DNA of 64,000 nt from an uncultured Gammaproteobacteria bacterium (GTDB lineage: Bacteria; Patescibacteriota; Microgenomatia; UBA8517), in NCBI GenBank assembly GCA_964645605.1, contig CAZYCE010000006.1, positions 2,981 to 66,980 on the forward strand, read 5' to 3'. Shown here piece by piece: positions 57,048-64,000 of the stretch (the first letter of the stretch is position 1; every line of letters begins with the position of its first letter). The position numbers were made by a program, and so were the translations under genes. The notes beneath the pieces were generated by a model. It ran no database searches. It saw nothing but the letters and a program-made list of their open reading frames with translations, and had not been told where the DNA came from.

Positions 57048-58802
57048 TTAAGTGTAGATTTCCCTGGGATCGGTGGTTAAAAGAGGATGTTCTTTTTCGG
57101 ATGCGACTACTTTAATTGCCACATGGTTCTGGTCCGCAATAATAAGTGCCTCACCTTTGTCACAAGTTAAGAGGAACTTTTGTTCATATTCGCTGAGATT
57201 AAATTCGCCGGCAACTTTTTTGATTGTGGTCGTGTCCTGTTTCATCAAAATACGGAGTGCGGATTGGGAAGCAATGGCCCGCCCGTACTCCTGAGCCAGA
57301 AAATCCTGAGCCTGCTGGGATATGATGGTTACCCCCAGATAGTACTTTCTGGCACGTCTGACAAGCCCTGCCATGAATCTTGCGCTTTCCTCCTGGGCCA
57401 GAAGGATCCAACCCTCATCAATGACAAGTATTCTTTTTCTGGGGTTGGTTTTAACTTGCGATTGAACAAAGTTGGCCAGAACCAACATCATAATCGGCCT
57501 GATGGTTTCGCTTAAGTCTTTTATATCAAACACCACAAGTCGGTTATCCAATTCAATGTTTGTCTGGGAGTCAAACATTGACGAAAGGGAACCTTTAATA
57601 AATCTTTCGAGCCGGTCACAAAGATTTTTTTGCCCCATTTTCTTAAGGACCCTATAGAAATCCTTAAGCAGTGGATACTTTTTGTGTTTTTCTTTCTTTG
57701 TTTTTATTGACCAGCCGAACTTTTTATAAGTTGCAATCAGGGCTTTATCGGTAATTGCTTTTTCCTCATCATTAAGAGTTCCCACCATGAGGGAAATTAT
57801 TTCGGTCAGATTTTGGATATGTTCGGCCAGATTGTTTTCTCCGGTGAAACCGGTGAGGGCAAAATCAAAAGGGTTAATCTTCTCCAAAGACCGAGCGGAG
57901 AGCTTTATGTAGGTTCCGGAAACACTGGAAGCAAGCTGTTTGTATTCCCTTTCCGGGTCGATGACGATAACGCTGGTTCTTTGCATAAGATGTCTCAAAA
58001 TTTCCACTTTTGCGGTATAACTTTTTCCGGAACCCGATTGGGCAAATAGGATTGAGTTGGCATTGTTTAGTGAAAATCTGTCAACTATGACCAGGGAATT
58101 GTTTGATCGGTTAATGCCATATAGGATGCCGGTTTCCTGAACGAGTTCCGATGAAATAAAAGGAAAAGTCAAAGCGGCACTTGAACTGTCCAGGTTTCTT
58201 TTTTGGGCAAGCAAATTTTCTCCCCGGGGAAGAATTGATTGCAGTGCTTCGATTTGTTGGAATGTTGCAATCTTTGTGTAAAAGAGCCTTGTGGACATCA
58301 TTGTTTCGAGAAGTTTTGTAATTTTATCCAGATCAGGCAAAGTATCGGCGGAAATGGCCAGATAGATTGAAACTTGAAAAAGTTTTTGCTGACCTCTTTG
58401 GATTTTGTCTCTAAGCTCCGTAGCCGATTCCAAAGGATCGGTTAATTCCGATCCGAAAACACGGCCTTCTTTTTGATAGGTTCTTTTTGTCGATTCAAGT
58501 TCGGTAATTTTCCTATTTAATTTCGGCAGAGCCGTTAATGGGTCCACTTGCTCAATGTGGTAGCTGATGTCGATGTTGTGATTGAAATTGACAAGCATAT
58601 TAAGCCAGCCGGTTGAGGCGATATAGGGGTAACCGGAAATAAACAGGCTTCGCACAAACTTGTTTTCAATCTGAATATAGGTTGGTTCTTCGGCCAGACC
58701 GGAATAGGAAATAAGATCGACCTGATCTTCCTCCCCGAAATCAAACTGAAAAGATTTCTTTAAAGTTTCCTTTTGTGATATTTTGCCCTTTTTGAATTTC
58801 AT
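57048..58802 (-). CDS. virB4: VirB4/TrbE/TraC-family type IV secretion ATPase, C-terminal ATPase portion
   Basis: Walker A AQSGSGKS, Walker B ILVIDEGW, VIVIDPEREY, VRSLFISGYPYIASTGWLNMLVNF region typical of CagE/TrbE/VirB4. Confidence 0.8.
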   Translation of the reverse strand: MKFKKGKISQKETLKKSFQFDFGEEDQVDLISYSGLAEEPTYIQIENKFVRSLFISGYPYIASTGWLNMLVNFNHNIDISYHIEQVDPLTALPKLNRKITELESTKRTYQKEGRVFGSELTDPLESATELRDKIQRGQQKLFQVSIYLAISADTLPDLDKITKLLETMMSTRLFYTKIATFQQIEALQSILPRGENLLAQKRNLDSSSAALTFPFISSELVQETGILYGINRSNNSLVIVDRFSLNNANSILFAQSGSGKSYTAKVEILRHLMQRTSVIVIDPEREYKQLASSVSGTYIKLSARSLEKINPFDFALTGFTGENNLAEHIQNLTEIISLMVGTLNDEEKAITDKALIATYKKFGWSIKTKKEKHKKYPLLKDFYRVLKKMGQKNLCDRLERFIKGSLSSMFDSQTNIELDNRLVVFDIKDLSETIRPIMMLVLANFVQSQVKTNPRKRILVIDEGWILLAQEESARFMAGLVRRARKYYLGVTIISQQAQDFLAQEYGRAIASQSALRILMKQDTTTIKKVAGEFNLSEYEQKFLLTCDKGEALIIADQNHVAIKVVASEKEHPLLTTDPREIYT

Positions 58803-58803
58803 A

Positions 58804-59472
58804 TTATTTGCCCTCCAAAAGAGCCCGGACCACCTCGCCTTTAAGCTCTTGGGTTTTTATTTGATCGGGGTTATAAAAGCTATAGAAAAGATCAAGAATT
58901 TCCAGGCTTTCCAGGATTTTAGATTTCATTCCCAGCTTTTCCAAACCTTTTATTACAATATCGCGGTTCAATTCGATCTGTTCTTTGATAAATTTAAAGT
59001 CGCTTCCGTGGTCGCTCCCTTTATAAGGGATGATCACATAGAAACGGCGGGAGAGAATTTTATTTCCGGCGATAAGATTTTTAACAAATAGGGAATAGTT
59101 ATCGAGTTGATTTTTGTATACCTTTTCTTTTTCCCCGTCCCTCATTTTCGATATTTGTTCCAGATACCTTTCAATATCGATTTCCCTTACCCTTATTAAA
59201 ATTTGAAGCGAGGTCGGAAGGGAATTGAGAAAATTCTCAAATTCATCAATAATTACATCCTGCTCATCTTCGCTTTTGAGTTCAAAGTTGACCGAAGAGG
59301 TTTCAATAATTGACCTGTATTCGTTACACGGTAAGACCAAAATTCCGTCCCTGACCTCTTTTATTTGAATTTGCCGTCTGGAACTTACTTTATTTTTCGA
59401 TTTGGTCCAAAACAACATTAAACCCTCCTTTCTTTTTGATCTTGAACGTAATATTTTCCTTGTCTTTTTCAA
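58804..59472 (-). CDS. VirB4-family N-terminal domain encoded as a separate ORF
   Basis: IKEVRDGILVLPCNEYRSIIETSSVNFELKSEDEQDVIIDEFENFLNSL matches the start of VirB4/TrbE proteins; its stop lies 1 nt before the ATPase ORF start and in a different frame; 222 + 584 aa is about a full-length VirB4. Confidence 0.6.
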   Translation of the reverse strand: MKKTRKILRSRSKRKEGLMLFWTKSKNKVSSRRQIQIKEVRDGILVLPCNEYRSIIETSSVNFELKSEDEQDVIIDEFENFLNSLPTSLQILIRVREIDIERYLEQISKMRDGEKEKVYKNQLDNYSLFVKNLIAGNKILSRRFYVIIPYKGSDHGSDFKFIKEQIELNRDIVIKGLEKLGMKSKILESLEILDLFYSFYNPDQIKTQELKGEVVRALLEGK

Positions 59473-59890
59473 AAATGCTTTGCTCCCTTACTCCGATCGG
59501 TTGTAGACGGGACTTTCTTTTCGATTCGGAGGGTCTAACCGATTTGGCGTGTTTTTTCCCGGGGTCAACTATGCCTGCCTCTCTCAGATAGGCGTCATTT
59601 TTATTGAATACGTAGTATTTAGGCCGGATGTTGTAGCGCAAGATAAGGATCAGCCAGTTAATTATTAATTTCTCATCAATTTTTAACGATAATATAAACG
59701 AAATTATGAGAACGGGTATTGTTAAAACCAGCTTATACCAGGCGATTGACATAGTTGGAACAAAAAGTATGTAAACTATACCTGCCCAAAAAACAGGAAA
59801 CATCAGAATTAGAATTTGCGTCAAACTTAAGTTCCCGGCAATTTTGTCTTCAACCGTCGTAATTTGAGCCGGAATTATAGTTGTCTTCAT
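59390..59890 (-). CDS. Small integral membrane protein, VirB3-like by position and topology
   Basis: Two to three TM helices in the N-terminal half, charged C-terminal tail; located immediately upstream of the VirB4 ORFs. Confidence 0.3.
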   Translation of the reverse strand: MKTTIIPAQITTVEDKIAGNLSLTQILILMFPVFWAGIVYILFVPTMSIAWYKLVLTIPVLIISFILSLKIDEKLIINWLILILRYNIRPKYYVFNKNDAYLREAGIVDPGKKHAKSVRPSESKRKSRLQPIGVREQSIFEKDKENITFKIKKKGGFNVVLDQIEK

Positions 59891-61179
59891 GGCTTTTCTG
59901 CCCTTTTATAAACTTTTGTTAACTCATTCTTTATGGTACTTTCTTTGGAAAACTCTTCGGTACCGGAACTTACCACGTTGACTACCTGTCTGCCTATACC
60001 TTTGAAGGTTTCATTACGTGAGGCTGAAAGAAGCATTTCCATCGCAAGCGATGGCGTTTTTAAGAGAGTTGCGAAAAGGCCGATAGCTACGGCAATTGAA
60101 ATAAGTGAACCATTGGAATTGCCCGGAATTGTTAAAAATGCTGAGGCCAGTTGGATGATCACAACATGGATGAAAACCGTAAATACGCTAACAAAGTAGC
60201 TTTTGACGGCCATTTCGGCAAATCCCGATAATTTTGGAATAGACCACAAAAGAAACACAAAAGGCGACAGAGCGCCGGCAATGGAAATTAAGATAAGTCT
60301 GCTTATATAGAATAAGAGAAGAACCACCGCAATTATTAGGAAAAGCATCAGGAAAATCAGGGTAATGAGGGGAGTTTCTCCCGTAATCAAACTCGCCGGG
60401 TTGATTGCATCCAAAATCCAGGCCTGATTTAAGCCGCCCGTTGCGTTTAACACGGTTTTTACCAGAACATTTGCTGTTGTTATCACATAATCCGTCAGAA
60501 ATAGTGAGACGTTAGCGCCGAGGAATGCGATACCTATTCTCGGTAGGATTATTCTGGATTCAAGCTCCTCAAAACCTAAGGTGGAGGCACTCATTATTCG
60601 AAATCCCAAAAGTGCCGTCACTATTACGAAAAGAGAATCAACGATGCCCAGACTGATCAGCCAAAAGTTGCTGATCACAGAATTTTCCAAGAGGCTTGGG
60701 GTAGTTGTAAGAAAACCGATAATACCATCGACAATCGGTTTTGTGGCACTTTGCACGATATTTTGCATAAAACTTGAAACGGCGTCTATTAAGACCTGCG
60801 TCAGGCCGTCGGTTGGGGTTACCGGGGATATTTGTGTAATCGGAATAACCGATCCTGATTCGGTTGGGGCATTGGAGCCGACCGCACCTCTGAAAACTGA
60901 AATTATTAAACCCGATGCGAGAACAACAACCAGACCGATAAGGGCGTTTCTGATGGTTTTTTTCGCATCCTCAAGACGGTCGGGACTACCGGATGAGGTT
61001 ATGTAGCCAATTCCGCCCTTGATGATGAAAAAAACCGCAGCAACGGAGGCGATTGTTGTAATTATTCCGAGAGTATTATTGGTGTAATCGGTTATTCCGG
61101 AAGGGACGTCGGCTGCCGCAACCGGTGTGGCAAATAGAAAGAAAAGAACTATTGTTAGAAAAAAGATAACCTTTTTCAT
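59887..61179 (-). CDS. Fusion protein: N-terminal VirB2/TrbC-like pilin domain plus a C-terminal VirB6/TrbL-like polytopic membrane domain
   Basis: Signal peptide MKKVIFFLTIVLFFLFATPVAAAD; residues ~40-95 (GGIGYITSSGSPDRLEDAKKTIRNALIGLVVVLA) are near-identical in pattern to the standalone pilin at 61226-61558; followed by at least 6 TM helices. Confidence 0.5.
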   Translation of the reverse strand: MKKVIFFLTIVLFFLFATPVAAADVPSGITDYTNNTLGIITTIASVAAVFFIIKGGIGYITSSGSPDRLEDAKKTIRNALIGLVVVLASGLIISVFRGAVGSNAPTESGSVIPITQISPVTPTDGLTQVLIDAVSSFMQNIVQSATKPIVDGIIGFLTTTPSLLENSVISNFWLISLGIVDSLFVIVTALLGFRIMSASTLGFEELESRIILPRIGIAFLGANVSLFLTDYVITTANVLVKTVLNATGGLNQAWILDAINPASLITGETPLITLIFLMLFLIIAVVLLLFYISRLILISIAGALSPFVFLLWSIPKLSGFAEMAVKSYFVSVFTVFIHVVIIQLASAFLTIPGNSNGSLISIAVAIGLFATLLKTPSLAMEMLLSASRNETFKGIGRQVVNVVSSGTEEFSKESTIKNELTKVYKRAEKP

Positions 61180-61225
61180 TTAAGTTATGTTCAGACTTTT
61201 TCATAGGCAGGACCTTTTTTAAACC

Positions 61226-61558
61226 TTATTGCATTCCGCCAAAAGCGGATGTTGCAAGTTGTGTGACAATATTTGACAAAACAAAAGCAGCAAGAACTAT
61301 TACAAGTCCGACCACCGAATAACGTATAGTTCTTTTGGATTTATCAAGCGACTCAGGATTACCTGAACTGGTAATGTATCCGATACCTCCCCACACCAAA
61401 AATCCGGTTGCCGTAATTCCTGCCAGGGTTACCAGAATTTGAATAATACTCTGAATAAAGGTTTGAATTTTGGTGACGTCGGTGGATTGTGCGTAGACAC
61501 TAGTCGCGTAAATTAGTGAGGTAATTAAAACCGATTGTAGAAAAATTAATTTCTTCAT
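61226..61558 (-). CDS. VirB2/TrbC-like conjugative-type pilin
   Basis: 110 aa; signal peptide MKKLIFLQSVLITSLIYATSVYAQS, two hydrophobic helices separated by GGIGYITSSGNPESLDKSKRTIR; GGGGTGA Shine-Dalgarno-like sequence 8 nt upstream of ATG 61558. Confidence 0.55.
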   Translation of the reverse strand: MKKLIFLQSVLITSLIYATSVYAQSTDVTKIQTFIQSIIQILVTLAGITATGFLVWGGIGYITSSGNPESLDKSKRTIRYSVVGLVIVLAAFVLSNIVTQLATSAFGGMQ

Positions 61559-61801
61559 CTTATTCACCCCCATTCGTAATTAAAAAGGTTTCACTTTAAC
61601 CAAAATATGAAATCGTTGAAATGTATACCAGAGTTACCCATATATGTCAACAGGGTAATTTATTTATTCATAGATCTTATACTTATGAGGATTTGGCAAG
61701 AATGTAAAAATGGTCGGTCGCTTAGTAGACTTATTTAGAACAAAGCAATTTTTAATAGAAATAAATTATGATGAAGTTAGAAAATTACTGGAAAAACATT
61801 G

Positions 61802-62509
61802 CTATTCTCTATAGGAGCATTTAGTTTCACCAAAATCCTTTTTAAGGGTACCTAAATCCAAAGTGGTATATATATCGATGGCTGAGACACCTCCCTTATC
61901 TTTATTATTTAAATAATCTGGACAGTTTTCTTCATTGGCTACCTGATTCGTAGGTTCCCAATAAGAAACGGTGTTATTTAAAATAATTGGTTTACCTTCT
62001 CCTCCTGCATACATACCTTGATAAATTTTTGATTTTTTATCTAAATCATAAACCATTAGCCCTCTTATTCCGGCTGACGAGCCACTATCCAGTACGAGAA
62101 AGTTGTTATATAGGCCAATACAAAAAGTTCTTTCCTCTTTTATTATAAAATCTTGGTTTCCGTTATTATATTTAACCAAAAACTCACTTGTTGCATTATT
62201 TTGTGACGGTTCTTTAATTGTTATTGAATACTTGTCGTTGGCAGAGCAGTCGCTAACAACGATAGGTTCAGTATTGGGTTCGTCGGATAAAGCTGGTGTG
62301 GGGGTTGTAATAGGCACTGTTGTAAGTAGTGATATTTGTTTTTTCAGTTGTATATTTTGATAAACAAGATAGCCGATGGAGGCAACTGCCAGTATGTGGA
62401 TAGCAATCATTAGTGCTAAAGACTTCTTGGTCTTCTGTGGTTGAATGGGAGATGTAGTAGGCGGAGTTTGTGGAATAGCCGGTTGTGTTTGGGTCAGACT
62501 TTCATTCAT
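61802..62509 (-). CDS. Hypothetical bitopic protein with a Pro/Thr-rich N-terminus, one TM and a Cys-containing extracytoplasmic domain (VirB8-like topology)
   Basis: PAIPQTPPTTSPIQPQ N-terminus, TM LALMIAIHILAVASIGYLVY, ~170-aa C-terminal domain with 5 Cys. Confidence 0.4.
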   Translation of the reverse strand: MNESLTQTQPAIPQTPPTTSPIQPQKTKKSLALMIAIHILAVASIGYLVYQNIQLKKQISLLTTVPITTPTPALSDEPNTEPIVVSDCSANDKYSITIKEPSQNNATSEFLVKYNNGNQDFIIKEERTFCIGLYNNFLVLDSGSSAGIRGLMVYDLDKKSKIYQGMYAGGEGKPIILNNTVSYWEPTNQVANEENCPDYLNNKDKGGVSAIDIYTTLDLGTLKKDFGETKCSYRE

Positions 62510-62660
62510 ATAGTTAAGTATTAGTTACTGAGATAAAAAAGTCAAATTTAAGGCCAATCGAGGTTCTGTACCAACTTTCTTTAAAACTTTAATATCCTCG
62601 AGTTTTTTTAATTTCAATTGAGTTGTTCGTCTTGGGACATTAGTTCTTAGTTGTATTATG

Positions 62661-62678
62661 CTGTACATATATGTACAG
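62661..62678. promoter_or_regulatory. Perfect 18-bp palindrome CTGTACATATATGTACAG overlapping the start codon of the AbiEi-like ORF, preceded by TATTAT (62654-62659); candidate autoregulatory operator
   Basis: Reverse complement is identical to the forward sequence; ATG at 62671-62673 lies at the palindrome centre. Confidence 0.4.
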
Positions 62679-63027
62679 GATAAATGAACTAATCAAGCTT
62701 GATCGGAGACTGTATCACACCAACGATTTAGCCATTCTGTGGGGTGTTTCCAATAAAAACACTTTATATACAACCATTAAACGGTATGTTCAGAAAGAAA
62801 TTCTGATCCCTGTCTATAAAGGTTTGTGTTCTACAATTCCTCTATCTCAGCTAAACCCCCTGGAGATGGGAGTGGCGATTGTTCATAAATATGCATATCT
62901 GAGTACCGAATCTGTATTGGCTCAAAAAAGGAATTATTTATCAGGCTACTTACGGGTACACTTTTGTAAGCAGTGTATCAAAAAAAATAACCGTTGGTGG
63001 AATATCGTTTACTTATCGGATGCTTAA
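62671..63027 (+). CDS. AbiEi-like antitoxin N-terminal domain protein, possibly truncated
   Basis: YHTNDLAILWGVSNKNTLYTTIKRYVQKEILIPVYKGLCSTIP and AYLSTESVLAQ resemble AbiEi_4 motifs (F.T.DLA.L.G.S...L.R.V..G.L..V.KGLY / YLSlESAL); only 118 aa. Confidence 0.4.
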   Translation: MYRINELIKLDRRLYHTNDLAILWGVSNKNTLYTTIKRYVQKEILIPVYKGLCSTIPLSQLNPLEMGVAIVHKYAYLSTESVLAQKRNYLSGYLRVHFCKQCIKKNNRWWNIVYLSDA

Positions 63028-63129
63028 AGATAAATTTTTGAATAACCCATCGGGTTTTACAAACCAAAATGTGGGGAAAACTTTCTGACTAACGGCAACA
63101 GCTTTTGCTGAGATTCCGACAAAATTTCG

Positions 63130-63441
63130 TCATGCATATTGTCTGAAATAATTTGTAAAGTAATTTTTTGTTTGGGGGCGCAAATTCACTCTTTTTCCAC
63201 GGATAATTTCCTTAAATAAGCCTTGGGTTTTTTTAAGACCGAAAACCGACTCTGCTACTAGGTAATCTTCCCATGTTCCATAATTTAATATATGCTCAAG
63301 CATGCTTTTTTCGGAAAGCTTTTGAGTGTCTTTTACATACCAGGCTAAATACGGTTTTTGCCTGAATAACCCCACTAACTTATCCATATGCTTATTATAT
63401 AACAAACCGGTCACCATTTCCTGAGTTTCAGGCACCGCCAA
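63130..63441 (-). CDS. Hypothetical protein
   Basis: 103-aa ORF downstream of the AbiEii-like gene in a different frame; no motif recognised. Confidence 0.3.
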   Translation of the reverse strand: MAVPETQEMVTGLLYNKHMDKLVGLFRQKPYLAWYVKDTQKLSEKSMLEHILNYGTWEDYLVAESVFGLKKTQGLFKEIIRGKRVNLRPQTKNYFTNYFRQYA

Positions 63442-63468
63442 TTGTTGATAACCACAATTTTAACAGAC

Positions 63469-64000
63469 CTATTTGAGGAGCGAATCGGCAAGGCGAATAG
63501 ATTCACGAGTAAAAAACGTTTTTACTTCACTCCATTTAATATCCGCGAGCATTGTTGGCATGACAGTTTCCTTTTCCGCATCCTCAAAATAATCAAGTGA
63601 TCGCAAGGTCGCATACAGGCGGTCGCCTGAGATATTGTATTTTTTTTGATACAAGCTAATCATCTCTTGTAATGAAAATTTCTTTGCAAGAACATAGACA
63701 TCAATAAAATCGCGGCGGGTACCTCTATCCTCAATGGCATGGATTTTCATTGCGGCAATGTCAGATAAACTTGCCAAATGAAGTCCTTCAAATGGCACGG
63801 TGGGCTCAAGGAGTGGATACTTGTAGTGAAATATACTAAACTTCGTTTTTCCAATCGTTCCCCAAACTGTCCACTTAGCAGTACCGGCTTCGTGGAACGA
63901 TGTATGGGTGGCAAGTTTTCGAGAAAGTTTTTCTTCGTCAAACGTTTCGAGTGTAAAAAAATCCAGATCAACCGAAATGCGGTGTCCCATCTGTAGAGCC
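63469..64000 (-). CDS. AbiEii/DUF1814-family nucleotidyltransferase (type IV TA toxin-like), N-terminus beyond the window edge
   Basis: ALQMGHRISVDLDFF (R.S.DlDF motif) and GTRRDFIDVYVL (R.rDlyDl motif); frame remains open through position 64000. Confidence 0.6.
   Translation of the reverse strand, partial: ALQMGHRISVDLDFFTLETFDEEKLSRKLATHTSFHEAGTAKWTVWGTIGKTKFSIFHYKYPLLEPTVPFEGLHLASLSDIAAMKIHAIEDRGTRRDFIDVYVLAKKFSLQEMISLYQKKYNISGDRLYATLRSLDYFEDAEKETVMPTMLADIKWSEVKTFFTRESIRLADSLLK

Noticed and set aside
59390-59890. Possibility that this ORF and the VirB4-N ORF form one frameshifted gene
   Set aside because: Their 83-bp overlap is out of frame and the membrane-helix content differs from the soluble VirB4 N-domain. 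A separate small VirB3-like membrane protein is the simpler reading, though at low confidence.

Overview
This 64-kb window comes from a compact, moderately AT-rich bacterial genome (roughly 40% GC by eye, not computed). Genes are tightly packed and often overlap by 4 to 50 bp; the gene content and architecture look like Candidate Phyla Radiation / Patescibacteria, which is an inference. The genetic code appears standard: an RF2 gene with the SPF motif is present and TGA is used as a stop codon in ATGA-type overlaps such as ftsE/ftsX at 4609-4612.

Layout from left to right:
1. About 7 kb of housekeeping genes: tgt (5'-truncated by the window edge), prfB, and ftsE-ftsX followed by a PcsB-like hydrolase with a coiled coil and a Cys/His peptidase domain.
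2. A nucleotide-sugar block: galE, galU, an rmlB that carries an unusual 300-aa C-terminal fusion, rmlC and rmlD.
3. An isolated trmD on the minus strand.
4. A roughly 41-kb glycosylation island (14.5-55.6 kb) with 11 cytoplasmic GT2/GT4 glycosyltransferases, 19 large polytopic GT-C-like membrane proteins falling into at least four paralog families with tandem arrays, and a Wzx flippase. Four of the GT2s are DPM1/GtrB-like polyprenyl-phosphate sugar synthases, one of them fused to a GtrA-like flippase domain.
5. An SDR oxidoreductase.
6. A minus-strand type-IV-secretion-like operon (56.4-61.6 kb): a VirB2-like pilin, a pilin-VirB6 fusion, a VirB3-like protein, a VirB4 ATPase split into two ORFs, and an M23 peptidase.
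7. An AbiEi/AbiEii-like toxin-antitoxin remnant at the right edge, with a perfect 18-bp palindrome over the AbiEi-like start codon.

No rRNA, tRNA, CRISPR array or transposase was found. The most interesting candidates are the multi-module lipid-carrier-dependent surface-glycosylation island and the compact T4SS-like operon with the fused pilin-VirB6 and split VirB4. All functional calls rest on motif recognition by eye, not on database searches.
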